Shown here one piece after another: positions 27,339 to 36,777 of a stretch of DNA of 64,000 bases. The stretch's first letter is position 1. The number at the start of each line of letters is the position of its first letter. This DNA comes from an uncultured Anaerolineales bacterium (GTDB taxonomy: Bacteria > Planctomycetota > Phycisphaerae > FEN-1346), in the NCBI GenBank assembly GCA_964461715.1, contig CAYWVR010000001.1, positions 80,784 through 144,783 of the forward strand, read 5' to 3'. Below the pieces are notes generated by a model. The model saw only the letters and a list, made by a program, of their open reading frames with translations. It searched no databases and was not told where the DNA came from. The translations under genes were made by a program, and so were the position numbers.

Positions 27339-29558
27339 CTATCGCTGCCGCACGCCGCGAATGCGCGCGGCGCGCTGTTCGAGCGGTTGGGCGGCGGCGG
27401 GGCGTTGGGTGGCCCGGTAGAGGCCCGCGAGGTTCTCGGCGGCGGCGGCGGTGTCGGGATGGTCGGGGCCGAGGGTCGTCTCCTGGATTCCCAAGGCCCG
27501 CTTGAAGAGCGGCTCGGCCTCGGCGTAGCGCGCCTGGTTGCTATAGAGATACGCCAGATTATTGAGGCTTGCCGCGACGTCCGGGTGGTCCGCGCCGAAT
27601 GTCGCCTTTCGGACCGCCAGGGCCCGCTCCAAGAGCGGCTCGGCCTCCTCGAAGCGTCCCTGGATGCGGTAGAGGCCCCCAAGGTTCGAGAGGCTCGTCG
27701 CGACGTCGGGATGGTCGGGCCCGAGGGACGTCTCGCGAATCTTGAGGGCCCTGTCCAGGAGCGGCTCGGCCTCGGCCCATCGGCCCTGCTGCCGGTAGAC
27801 GCGGGCCAGGCTGTCGAGGGCGGCGGCGGTCCGGGGATGGTCTTTCGCTCGGCGGCCGTTCCCGATGGCCAGGGCCCGCCGGAGCATCGTCTCGGCCTGC
27901 CCGGTGCGGCCGGCGGCGGCATGGGCGAGGGCGAGGTTGTTGAGACTGGTCGCGACGTCCGGATGATTCCGCCCGAGGGCCTTCTCCTGGATCGCCACGG
28001 CCCGCTCCAGGAGCGGCAGGGCGGCCTCCTCCTCGCCCCGGCTGCGGTGCAGGGCGGCGAGGTGGTTGAGGGTGGCGGCGAGGTCGGGGTGCTGTCGCCC
28101 GAGGGCCGTCTCCTGGATCGCGAGGGCCCGGGCGTAGAGGGGCGCGGCCTCGTCGAACCGGCCCTGCGTCCGATGATAACCCGCCAGGTTCACGAGGGCG
28201 GCGGCGAGGTCCGGGTGATCGGGCCCGAGCGACCGTTCCCACACGCCGAGGGCCCGTCGGTACAGCCGCCCCGCCTCGTCGTAGCGGCCCCGCGTGTCGT
28301 GGAGCAGGGCGAGGTTGTTGAGGGACGCGGCGACGTCGGGGTGGTTGGGCCCGAGGGCTTTCTCGCGGATCGCCAGGGCCCGGCGGTACAGCGACTCCGC
28401 CTCGTCGTAGCGGCCGGCGTCGAGATGCAGCCCCGCCAGATTATTCAGGCCGCACGCCATCGTCGGGTGGTCCGGCCCGAGCTTCGATTCCCAGACCTGG
28501 AGGGCCCGTTCGTAGAGGGGCCCCGCCCGTTCGTCCTGGCCGCGCGCCGCGTAGAGGCGGCCAAGGTTGTTGACGCCGGCGGCGACGTCGGGATGGTCGG
28601 GCCCGAGGGTCCGCTCCCAGATTCGGACGGCCCGTTCGTAGAGCGGCTCCGCCTCGGCGTACTTGCCGCGCATGTCGTGGAGGAAGGCGAGGTTGTTGAG
28701 GGCGACGGCGGTGTCGGGATGGTCGGGTCCGAGCTTCGCCTCGCGGATGGCGAGGGCCCGGCGAAGGAGCGGCTCGGCCTCGTCGTAGCGTCCCTGCGTG
28801 CGGTGGAGCAGGGCAAGATTGTTCAGGGCCGTCGCCACGTCGGGGTGATCGGGCCCGAGGGCCTTCTCCCATATTTCGAGGGCTTCCCCATAGAGCCGCT
28901 CGGCCTCGTCGTAGCGTCCCCGGCTCCGGTGGAGCTCGGCGAGGTTGTTGAGGCCCCGGGCGGTGGTGGGGCGCGGCGGGCCGCCCCCGTTCTTCTTCAG
29001 CTCGAGGGAGCGGGCGTAAAGCTCCGCGGCCTTCTCGTTTCGGCCGCGGCTTCGGTAGAGGGCGGCAAGGTTGTTGAGGCACGTGGCCAGCGCCCGCGGC
29101 GCGCACCCGTCGGTCTCGCAGATTTCCCGCGACCGGCGGTAGAGCGGCTCGGCCTCCTCGAGCTTGCCCTGATGGTGATAGAGAATCGCAAGGTTATTGA
29201 GACTCGTCGCCACGTCGGGGTGCTTCGGCCCGAAGTGCCGCTCGCGGATCTCGAGCGCGCGGCGGTAATGCGGCTCGGCCCGGCGATAATCGCCGCGCGC
29301 CCGGCAGAGGCGGGCGACGTGGTTGTGGCTGGTGGCGGCGTCGGGGTGGTCTCGTCCGACGGTCCGCTCCGCGAGGTCGAGGGCCCGTTTCGCGACGTCC
29401 AGGGCCCGGTCGGTCTCGCCCGCGCGGCTGAGGCGGATCACCTCCCGGTTGAGCTCGATCCATTCGGGGCTCGTGCCGTCGGCCGGGGCTGCCGCAACGG
29501 CGCGGGCGAGGAACGTAAGGAACGCGAGAAGCGCGAGGAATCGTGCGAGGGCCTTCAT
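27339..29558 (-). CDS. Exported kinesin-light-chain-type TPR protein (about 17 repeats of 42 aa)
   Basis: ATG 29558 after GGAGG; signal peptide; repeats of NNLAxL...GRYxEAEPL..RAL.I.E..LGPDHPD. Confidence 0.92.
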   Translation of the reverse strand: MKALARFLALLAFLTFLARAVAAAPADGTSPEWIELNREVIRLSRAGETDRALDVAKRALDLAERTVGRDHPDAATSHNHVARLCRARGDYRRAEPHYRRALEIRERHFGPKHPDVATSLNNLAILYHHQGKLEEAEPLYRRSREICETDGCAPRALATCLNNLAALYRSRGRNEKAAELYARSLELKKNGGGPPRPTTARGLNNLAELHRSRGRYDEAERLYGEALEIWEKALGPDHPDVATALNNLALLHRTQGRYDEAEPLLRRALAIREAKLGPDHPDTAVALNNLAFLHDMRGKYAEAEPLYERAVRIWERTLGPDHPDVAAGVNNLGRLYAARGQDERAGPLYERALQVWESKLGPDHPTMACGLNNLAGLHLDAGRYDEAESLYRRALAIREKALGPNHPDVAASLNNLALLHDTRGRYDEAGRLYRRALGVWERSLGPDHPDLAAALVNLAGYHRTQGRFDEAAPLYARALAIQETALGRQHPDLAATLNHLAALHRSRGEEEAALPLLERAVAIQEKALGRNHPDVATSLNNLALAHAAAGRTGQAETMLRRALAIGNGRRAKDHPRTAAALDSLARVYRQQGRWAEAEPLLDRALKIRETSLGPDHPDVATSLSNLGGLYRIQGRFEEAEPLLERALAVRKATFGADHPDVAASLNNLAYLYSNQARYAEAEPLFKRALGIQETTLGPDHPDTAAAAENLAGLYRATQRPAAAQPLEQRAARIRGVRQR

Positions 29559-29699
29559 GGCGTCCTCCTTCTCTAGTCTTCGTGCCGCCGCCGGCCGGGT
29601 CAAGGCGACCCCGTACGTTCCTCTCACCGTCCGGGGGTATCTCGACTACGCGAGACGGGGGGCTTAAGCGCGTTCGGCGGGAAGCGGGGGGCCGCCGCC

Positions 29700-29820
29700 G
29701 GGACGTGGCACTTCTGCCCGACGTGCGGCGGGCCGCTTTTCTGGAAGAGCGACACCGGCGCCCCGATCGACCTCCTCGCCGGCACCCTCGACGATCCGGG
29801 CGTCTACGGGGAGAAGGAGC
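29700..29820 (+). pseudogene. GFA (glutathione-dependent formaldehyde-activating) family C-terminal remnant
   Basis: Hand translation: GTWHFCPTCGGPLFWKSDTGAPIDLLAGTLDDP; no start codon or N-terminal Cys motifs. Confidence 0.65.
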
Positions 29821-29869
29821 AGCCGGGCGGCGGGGGGACCGCGGCAGGGCGGGACTTCGCATGGCGATG

Positions 29870-30092
29870 CGCGGGCGTCGTCGAAGGCGGCCTGGAAGGC
29901 GACGAAGCGGGCGTCGCAGACCTCGGCCGGCTCGCGCACGACCCTCCGCCCGGACGCCATCGGCGCGTGCCACGCCTCCGTCACGGCCCCGCACGGCAGG
30001 ATGAAGGGTTCGCAGAGGACGAGCCGCGCCTCCGGCCGCTGCGTGCGCGTCCCGTCCCGCAGCACCCGGTAGACCTCTGCATATCGGTTCAC
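29870..30092 (-). pseudogene. SGNH/GDSL hydrolase internal remnant
   Basis: YAEVYRVL...PEARLVLCEPFILPCGAVTEAW...ARFVAFQAAFDDA; lacks the GDS and DxxH motifs. Confidence 0.6.
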
Positions 30093-30122
30093 TTCGACGC
30101 CGTTGCGCCGCCCCTCCTTCGC

Positions 30123-31208
30123 TTATTGTGCCTGCAAGAGCCGCATGCGCCGCGCGAGGTCCATGGCCTCGTAGCGGCACATTTCGTGGCAGCAGAAGCA
30201 GGCGATGCATTTCGCATAGTCGATCTCGGGGCCCGCCTCGGTCATCGTGATCGCCTCGACCGGACACGCCGCCGCGCACGAGCCGCACTTGACGCACCGC
30301 CCGGCCCGCAGCCGCGGCTTCGTGCAGAAGAGATACGTCGCCAGCCGCGCCAGCCACCCGCCCATGCCCATGCCGATGCGCGGCAAACGGAAGCCGGGGA
30401 CGGGGTCCGCGGGGCCCTCGACGCGCACGCCGTCCATCCCCGCGGGACCGAGGCCGCGCGCGGCCGCGGCGGCCGGCGTCGGCAGCCGCTCGGGCACGAA
30501 ACCCATCATCGTGGCCATGCAGACGTCGAGGGCGACGGCGTTGGTGGCGGCAAGCAATCGCCCGACCTCGCGCGGCGCTCCGCCGGAGGGGCCCTGGCCC
30601 TCCATCGCGACGACGGCGTCGAGGAGCGTCAGGTCCGGCGGGCGGACCTGGTAGACGTCGACGATGGCGCGGCCGAAGGCGTCGGGCCCGCGGGCCTCGC
30701 GATGGAGCCGCATCTTCTCGCCGCCCACCAGATAGCCATACGTATTCTTGACGCCGCCCGTGATCCCCGCCGCGACGTGCGTCTTCATCTTCGGGAGGCT
30801 GACCAGGAGGTCGGCTTCGAGCACCTCGCGGCTGACGGCGAAGGCGTCGGCGAACTCGCTCCCGGTCGGGGTGCGGACGGGCGAGGCCCCGAGGTTCACG
30901 TACCGCTCGCCCGCGACGCCGAGGATGCCCGAGGCTCGGGCGGCGTGCTCATTGGAGCCGTAGGCCCGCATGCCGGAGTTGTCGCCCACCCGGACGCGCC
31001 CCGCCCCGCGCCGCTCCAGTGCCGCGATCGTCGCCGCCACCAGGCTCGGGTGCGTACACACGTGCTTCTCGGGCGGCAGGGGCCCGAGGATGTTCGGCTT
31101 GACCAGGACGGTCCGTCCGCGCACCTCGACCCCGAACGCATCGAACGCCGCCTCCACCGCCTCCGTGATGCGGTCGTAATCGGTCTCGTACGCGACGACC
31201 AGGTCCAT
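30123..31208 (-). CDS. DUF362 domain protein with C-terminal 2x[4Fe-4S] ferredoxin
   Basis: VLVKPN, THP, PKMKTH, GGVKN; CVKCGSCAAACP and CIACFCCHEMC. Confidence 0.9.
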   Translation of the reverse strand: MDLVVAYETDYDRITEAVEAAFDAFGVEVRGRTVLVKPNILGPLPPEKHVCTHPSLVAATIAALERRGAGRVRVGDNSGMRAYGSNEHAARASGILGVAGERYVNLGASPVRTPTGSEFADAFAVSREVLEADLLVSLPKMKTHVAAGITGGVKNTYGYLVGGEKMRLHREARGPDAFGRAIVDVYQVRPPDLTLLDAVVAMEGQGPSGGAPREVGRLLAATNAVALDVCMATMMGFVPERLPTPAAAAARGLGPAGMDGVRVEGPADPVPGFRLPRIGMGMGGWLARLATYLFCTKPRLRAGRCVKCGSCAAACPVEAITMTEAGPEIDYAKCIACFCCHEMCRYEAMDLARRMRLLQAQ

Positions 31209-31240
31209 GGCGCCGTCCTTGCCCCAAGGTCGGGCGTGCG

Positions 31241-32536
31241 CTACGCCTCCTTCAGGAACATCTCGACCACCGGCACCGTTACGTCCGGTTGGACGACCGG
31301 GAGGGTGAGGGCGAGGGTGGTCTGGGCGTCGGTCTTGCGGCTCTGAGGATGGTCGGCGACGGTCTTCATGGCGACCTCGGAGGCGTCGTTCAGGAGCTGG
31401 GCGTACTCGACGCGGCCGGCGAGGCCCGGCAGGAAGAGCATCTTGAAGGGCCAGGCGAACACGTGGCAGTAGAGGCGGTTCGTCTCGGGGTTGTAGGTGT
31501 AGCGGCAATCGGCGGGGGCGACGAGGTCGTCGGGCGCGGCGGTGCAGCCGTAGATGGACCGGTCGTGGTATTTCATCCATCGGCCCATGCCGGCGAGTCG
31601 GTCGAGGGCCCGGGCGTCGAACTCGCCGCGCCCCGTGGGCCCGACGTTCAGGAGCAGGTTCCCGCCCTTCGAGACCGAGTCGACGAGCATGCGGACGAGA
31701 AGGTCGACGCTTTTCCACGTCATCTCATCGCGATCATATCCCCACGAGCCGGAGAACGTCTGGCACGCCTCCCACACCACGGGCGTCCCGTCGACGCGGA
31801 CCCACTCCCGCGGCTGGAACTGCTCGGGCGTCTTGATGTCCCAGCCTTCCTCGAGGTCCAGCCGGTCGTTCAGGAGGATGTCGGGCGCCCGCTCGCGGAT
31901 GATCTTGATGAGTGTCTCGCTCTGCCAGGCCTCGCGGCCCTTGCCCTCGGGCCCGCGGTTCCTGTAGGAGAAGTCGAACCAGAGGATGTCGACCGGGGCG
32001 AAGCGGGTGAGCAGCTCGCGGACCTGGCCGTGGAGGTACTCGGCATACTTGGCCTGGTCGCGGCCCTCGTTCATCTTCTCGCGGTCGCCGTGGTTGCGGT
32101 ACGGGCCGAGGATGGGGTCGAGCTTGTACTGCGGGTGGTGCCAGTCGATGAGCGAGTGGTAGAAGCCGACCCGCATATCTTCCTTGCGGAACGCGTCGAC
32201 CATCGGGGCCAGCAGGTCCCGCCTCGCGGGCGTGTTCGGGGCCTTGTAGTCCGTCCGGTCCGTGTCCCACAGGCAGAATCCCTCGTGGTGCTTCGTGGTG
32301 ACGACGAAGTACTTCATGCCCGCGCCGGCGGCGGCGGCGGCCCAGGCGGCGGGGTCGTAGAGGTCCGGGTCGAAATGGCGGAAGTAAACGTCGTAGACCT
32401 CGTCCGGGATCTCTTCCCGGTGTTTCACCCACTCGTGCCGGGCCGCCAGGGCGTACAGGCCCCAGTGGATGAAGAGGCCGAATCGGTCGTGGACGAACCA
32501 GCTCGTGTCGCCGGGGCTCGGTCGGGTTTCCAGCAT
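31241..32536 (-). CDS. Alpha-L-fucosidase (GH29), no signal peptide
   Basis: FGLFIHWGLY, TTKHHEGFCLW, ILWFD nucleophile, GGNLLLNVGP. Confidence 0.95.
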   Translation of the reverse strand: MLETRPSPGDTSWFVHDRFGLFIHWGLYALAARHEWVKHREEIPDEVYDVYFRHFDPDLYDPAAWAAAAAGAGMKYFVVTTKHHEGFCLWDTDRTDYKAPNTPARRDLLAPMVDAFRKEDMRVGFYHSLIDWHHPQYKLDPILGPYRNHGDREKMNEGRDQAKYAEYLHGQVRELLTRFAPVDILWFDFSYRNRGPEGKGREAWQSETLIKIIRERAPDILLNDRLDLEEGWDIKTPEQFQPREWVRVDGTPVVWEACQTFSGSWGYDRDEMTWKSVDLLVRMLVDSVSKGGNLLLNVGPTGRGEFDARALDRLAGMGRWMKYHDRSIYGCTAAPDDLVAPADCRYTYNPETNRLYCHVFAWPFKMLFLPGLAGRVEYAQLLNDASEVAMKTVADHPQSRKTDAQTTLALTLPVVQPDVTVPVVEMFLKEA

Positions 32537-32620
32537 GGTTGGGCTCCTGTCGGGTTCGGAGTATTCCAGATAAAAATAGCGAGGGCCGCCCCGAATGCAA
32601 GCGCAAGGCGCGCGCGTCGC

Positions 32621-34081
32621 CTACGCCCCGAGCGCGTCGACGACCGTCTCGCGCATCAGGTCGGCGGGGGCCGCGCGGCCGGTCCAGAGCTCGAACTGCT
32701 CGACGGCCTGGCGGAGAAAGTGGTCGAGGCCGCGCACGGTCCGGCCGCCGGCGGCCCGGGCCTCGCGAAGGAGCCGCGTCTCGGCGGGGTTGTAGACGGC
32801 GTCGTAGACGACCAGGTCCTCGGTCAGCATCGAGGCGGGGACGGGCGAGGCGTCCGTCTCCGGGTGCATGCCGACGGGCGTGCAGTTGAGGAGGAGGTCG
32901 ATTCTGACGCTGCAGTTTTCGATTTTCGATGGAAGGACCACGGCCCCGGTTTCCGACGCCAGGGCTTCGGCGCGTTCGGTGTCGACGTCCGAAAGCATCA
33001 CCTCCGCGCCGCGCTGGGCGAGGCCGAAGGCCATGGCCCGCCCCACGCCGCCCGCGCCGAGAACAAGGGCCCGCTTGCCCGCGAGCCCCCCCTCGCCGAC
33101 GACCGCCTCGATGGACGCCATCCCGGCGGTCCAATCCGTGTTCGTGCCGAAGAGCGACCCGTCGCCTCGGCGCTGGACGGTGTTGATGGCCCCGATGCGG
33201 CGGGCAAGCGGCTCGATCTCGTCCATCGCCGCCATCACGGACTGCTTGTGCGGGATGGTGACCGAGTAGCCCGCGAAATCGAACTCGCGCATCGCGGGGA
33301 CGAAGCGGGCGGCGTCGCCCTCGACCCACAGGGGCAGGTAGACGGCGTCGAGCCCCAGGGCCGCGAAGGCCGCGTTATGAATCTGGGGGCTCAGGCTGTG
33401 GCCGACGGGGTCGGCGATGACGCCGTAGACGTCCGTGGCGGGGCCCAGCGCGTGGGCCCGGTACCGCTCGCGCATGAGTCGGGCCGTCACCTGTCCCGGC
33501 GCGGCCTCGCGCCCGCCGCCCTCGAACGCGCCGAACGTCAGGAACGCGCCGAACTTGCGGGCGAGGACCCGGGTCAGCACGCCGCGCTCGCCCATCGACA
33601 GGGCGATCGTCGGCACGGTTGCGTCGCGAAGGAGCCGCAGCACGGGCACCGTGTCGAGGATGTGGCGGGCGGTGACGGCGATTTTGACGACGTCGGCGCC
33701 GGTGGCGGCAAGGCGGGCGTGGAGGGCCGGGAGATCGTCCGGCGTCCCCTCGGGGTCGTGGAAACTGACGATGCGCCGGGCGGCGACGGGTCCGAGGGCC
33801 GCGATTGCGTCGTGCTCGACGTCGACGTAGTCGGCCCCGAGGTCGGCGGCGCGTCGGAGAAGGGCCAGGCGCTCGTTCTCCGGCCCGTCCCACAGGCCGC
33901 CCTCTCGCACGGGCCGACAGGTGACGATGACGGGGCAGGGGGGCGAGGCGAGGAGGCGCTCCAGGTCCCGCTCGTCCATGGCGTCGAGCCGCAGCTCGAC
34001 GGCGTCGGCGGACTCGGCGGCGCGGACCATTTCGTCCAGGGCCGCGTCCGTCGAGGCGGGCATCAGGCTAGTGCAGAGCAT
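32621..34081 (-). CDS. aroE: Bifunctional type I 3-dehydroquinate dehydratase / shikimate dehydrogenase (AroD-AroE fusion)
   Basis: VELRLD, IVSFH, VVKIA, APGQ (AroD); HSLSPQIHN, SVTIPHK, GAINT, NTD, GAGG (AroE). Alternative start at 34120. Confidence 0.93.
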   Translation of the reverse strand: MLCTSLMPASTDAALDEMVRAAESADAVELRLDAMDERDLERLLASPPCPVIVTCRPVREGGLWDGPENERLALLRRAADLGADYVDVEHDAIAALGPVAARRIVSFHDPEGTPDDLPALHARLAATGADVVKIAVTARHILDTVPVLRLLRDATVPTIALSMGERGVLTRVLARKFGAFLTFGAFEGGGREAAPGQVTARLMRERYRAHALGPATDVYGVIADPVGHSLSPQIHNAAFAALGLDAVYLPLWVEGDAARFVPAMREFDFAGYSVTIPHKQSVMAAMDEIEPLARRIGAINTVQRRGDGSLFGTNTDWTAGMASIEAVVGEGGLAGKRALVLGAGGVGRAMAFGLAQRGAEVMLSDVDTERAEALASETGAVVLPSKIENCSVRIDLLLNCTPVGMHPETDASPVPASMLTEDLVVYDAVYNPAETRLLREARAAGGRTVRGLDHFLRQAVEQFELWTGRAAPADLMRETVVDALGA

Positions 34082-34171
34082 GGGAGGCGGAACCCGAATC
34101 TCGAAGCGCCCCAGGCGCATGACGAAACCGCGGCGAGCAACGCCCGCCGTCATCCCGCGCGTCGCGCGTCC

Positions 34172-34465
34172 TTACACGTCCGTCGCGGGCGCGGCCGCTG
34201 CGGCGGCCAGGGCGTCGAGCTTCTTCTGCATGCGGCCGATGAGGCGGCCGGCGGTGTTGCGGTGCAGGGGCCCGTTGGCGGCAGCGCGGTGCATCAGCTC
34301 CTGGACGCGGCGGAAGGCGGCGCGGGTCTCGTCGACGTTCCCGGCCGCGAAGGCTTCGTCGAAGGCGCGGCGAACGGTGCGGATGCGGCTCTTGATGGCG
34401 CGGTTCCGCCGGCGTTGGCGGGCGTTCTGTCGGACGCGTTTGCGGGCGGAGACGGAATGGGGCAT
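34172..34465 (-). CDS. rpsT: 30S ribosomal protein S20
   Basis: MPHSVSARKRVRQN...RNRAIKSRIRT...HRNTAGR. Confidence 0.95.
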   Translation of the reverse strand: MPHSVSARKRVRQNARQRRRNRAIKSRIRTVRRAFDEAFAAGNVDETRAAFRRVQELMHRAAANGPLHRNTAGRLIGRMQKKLDALAAAAAAPATDV

Positions 34466-34479
34466 GACGGAGGTTCCCT

Positions 34480-35973
34480 TCAGGCCTGCTCGGAGGTTTC
34501 GGAGGTCTTGCGGCGGAGCGCTTCGAGGCGCTTGGCCGTGTCCCGGTACTGATAATCCTGCTGCACGATATCAGAATACCACTCGATGGCTTCCTTGTTT
34601 TTGCCCTGCTGTTCGAGGGTCGTGCCGAGGTTGTACCGCAGTTCCTTGCCGAGCGGGTCGCTGGCCAGCTCGTACTGGTGGATGCCCTGCTCGAACTGGC
34701 CCTGGGCCTCCTCGTAGAGCTTCTTGGCGTAGAAGCACTTGCCGAGCATGTTGAAGGCCTCGATGCGTCGCTTCGGGTCGCGGGTGGCCTGCTGCAAGGA
34801 GACGATGGCCGGGTCGTGCCGGCCGGCGCGGTACTGGCGGAGCCCCAGCTCGAAGCGGATCGCCAGGTCCGTCGGGTACTGCTTGTGGCGTTCCTCGTAG
34901 ATGGCCAGCTCGGCCTTGTTGCGCTGCTCGAGGATTTCCTTCTGGCGGACCTGGAGGTCGGCGCGGTCGGGCTCGGCCTCGAGGGCCTCGCCGACCTCGC
35001 GGAGGCGGGCCCGGTAGTCGGCCATGCGGATGTCGTCCATGCGGGCCTTGTAGCGGTACTCGCCGCTGGTGGCGAGGGCCTGCTTCAGGAGGCCCGTGGC
35101 CTCGTCCGTGTCGCCCTTGCGCCAAGCGCACTCGGCGAGGGCCTGCATCTTGACGGGGTTCTCGGGGTCGGCGTCGAGGGCGGCCTTGAGCTCGGCGTAC
35201 TGGCTTTCAAGCTGGTCGGCCGTGCGGACGACCTGTTGGGTGGCGGAGGCGGCGGCGGTGCGCCGGTCGCGGATCATGTCGCGGAAGTCCGAGACGCTCT
35301 CCAGCTTGCCCTGCTGGATGGAGGCGGCGGCGGAGAGGTTTCGGATGCGGCGGTCGATCTCGCGGTCCGCGGGGTCGATCTTGATGGCCTGGTTCAGGGC
35401 GGTGATGGCGTCGGCGAAGCGTTCGCGGCCCTCGTAGAGGTCGGCGAGGGTCGTGAAGATTTGCTTCTGGGGCTTCTTGGCGCTGCGCATCGACTCCTCG
35501 GCGGCCCATTCGCCGAACCAGATGGCCAAGTCCGTGTACTCCTGCCGCCGGGCCGTCTGCATCAGTTGCGACAGGAGCATGACGTTCTGAGGGGCCTTCG
35601 CCAGGGCCGCCTCGAGGTTCAGCATGGCGTCCTTGTTTCGGCCGAGCATCTGGGAGAAGGCGGCCTTGGTCTGACCGAGGAGGGCCCCGAGTCCGGCGCC
35701 TTTGCCCTGGCCCTGGCGCTTCAGGGCCGTCTCCTTCAGGCCCTGGTGCCCCCGGTCGATGTCGAGGGGATTGAGGCGGAGCCCTTCGAGGTAGCACCGG
35801 ATGGCATAGTCGAAGTTGTCGCGGACCGCCGCCTGCTCGGCCCGGTCGAACCACCCGTCGGCCATCTGGCGGATTTCCGGCGAGAGCTCCTCGACGCTCG
35901 TCTCGCCTTCGCCCTCCGTCTCGCCCTCGGTCTCGGGGGTCGGTTCCTGGTTCTGCTTCTCGGGGTCCGGCAC
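34480..35973 (-). CDS. Cytoplasmic TPR protein
   Basis: GTG 35973 after GGAGG; TPR helices (DNFDYAIRCYLEGLRLNP, YPTDLAIRFELG, DYQYRDT). Confidence 0.85.
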   Translation of the reverse strand: MPDPEKQNQEPTPETEGETEGEGETSVEELSPEIRQMADGWFDRAEQAAVRDNFDYAIRCYLEGLRLNPLDIDRGHQGLKETALKRQGQGKGAGLGALLGQTKAAFSQMLGRNKDAMLNLEAALAKAPQNVMLLSQLMQTARRQEYTDLAIWFGEWAAEESMRSAKKPQKQIFTTLADLYEGRERFADAITALNQAIKIDPADREIDRRIRNLSAAASIQQGKLESVSDFRDMIRDRRTAAASATQQVVRTADQLESQYAELKAALDADPENPVKMQALAECAWRKGDTDEATGLLKQALATSGEYRYKARMDDIRMADYRARLREVGEALEAEPDRADLQVRQKEILEQRNKAELAIYEERHKQYPTDLAIRFELGLRQYRAGRHDPAIVSLQQATRDPKRRIEAFNMLGKCFYAKKLYEEAQGQFEQGIHQYELASDPLGKELRYNLGTTLEQQGKNKEAIEWYSDIVQQDYQYRDTAKRLEALRRKTSETSEQA

Positions 35974-36040
35974 CGCTTGCGCCTCCCTGGGATGCACATG
36001 GCGGCCCCGGGACGAACCGCGCCCCGGAACCAAGGGGTTC

Positions 36041-36068
36041 AGTCTACTCCCGCGCGGGGGTCTGTCAA
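36041..36068 (-). promoter_or_regulatory. Sigma70-type promoter for the TPR-rpsT direction
   Basis: TTGACA-16 bp-TAGACT on the minus strand. Confidence 0.65.
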
Positions 36069-36090
36069 CCCCAAAAGCAGGACTGCGGCC

Positions 36091-36119
36091 TTGTGGAAGG
36101 CACTCGGCGGGCCTATAAT
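36091..36119 (+). promoter_or_regulatory. Sigma70-type promoter for def-fmt
   Basis: TTGTGG-17 bp-TATAAT. Confidence 0.65.
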
Positions 36120-36154
36120 GGGCCAAGCAAAGGACCCACACGAGGAGCCGTGCG

Positions 36155-36694
36155 GTGGAGATTCGAATCTATCCCGACCCCGTGCTGCGCGTCGCGGCCG
36201 ACCCCGTGACCGACTTCGACGACGATCTGCGCGCCTTCGCCCGCGCGATGGTTGAGACGATGCACGCGAACCGGGGGCTCGGGCTGGCGGCCCCGCAGGT
36301 CGGCGACCGCCGCCGACTCGTCATCATCTCGCCCGACGGCGAACCGGGCCACGAGACCGTCCTCGTCAATCCGCGCCTCACGCAGCGCGACGGCTGGGAG
36401 ACCGGCGACGAGGGGTGCCTGAGCTTCCCGGGCATCTACGTCAAAATCCGTCGTTACGCCCGGGTGTCGGCCGAGTACGAGGACCTGGAGGGCAAGACGC
36501 GGGTCCGGGAGGCCGAGGGGCTGCCGGCCCGTGCCGTGCAGCACGAGATCGACCACCTCGACGGGCGTCTCCTCGTGGACCGCATGAGCGCGGTCCAGCG
36601 GATGAGCCATCGCCGGCGCTTGCGTGAGCTGGAGCGCCGCTACGCGCAGTCCCGCCCCCACGCCCCGGCCTCGGTCGGCGGGGGGGGGGAGTGA
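36155..36694 (+). CDS. def: Peptide deformylase
   Basis: GLGLAAPQVG, EGCLS, QHEIDHLDG. Confidence 0.97.
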   Translation: MEIRIYPDPVLRVAADPVTDFDDDLRAFARAMVETMHANRGLGLAAPQVGDRRRLVIISPDGEPGHETVLVNPRLTQRDGWETGDEGCLSFPGIYVKIRRYARVSAEYEDLEGKTRVREAEGLPARAVQHEIDHLDGRLLVDRMSAVQRMSHRRRLRELERRYAQSRPHAPASVGGGGE

Positions 36695-36777
36695 CACTTG
36701 GCGGCGTCCCTGGCCGGGCGGCAGCGCGCGGCGCGCCCCGGCCCGAGCGCCCGACCGAGGACGCCCTGGAGCGGTCC

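Noticed and set aside
27339-29558. NLR/CHAT-type defence system
   Set aside because: No NTPase, caspase or effector domain, and the protein has a signal peptide.
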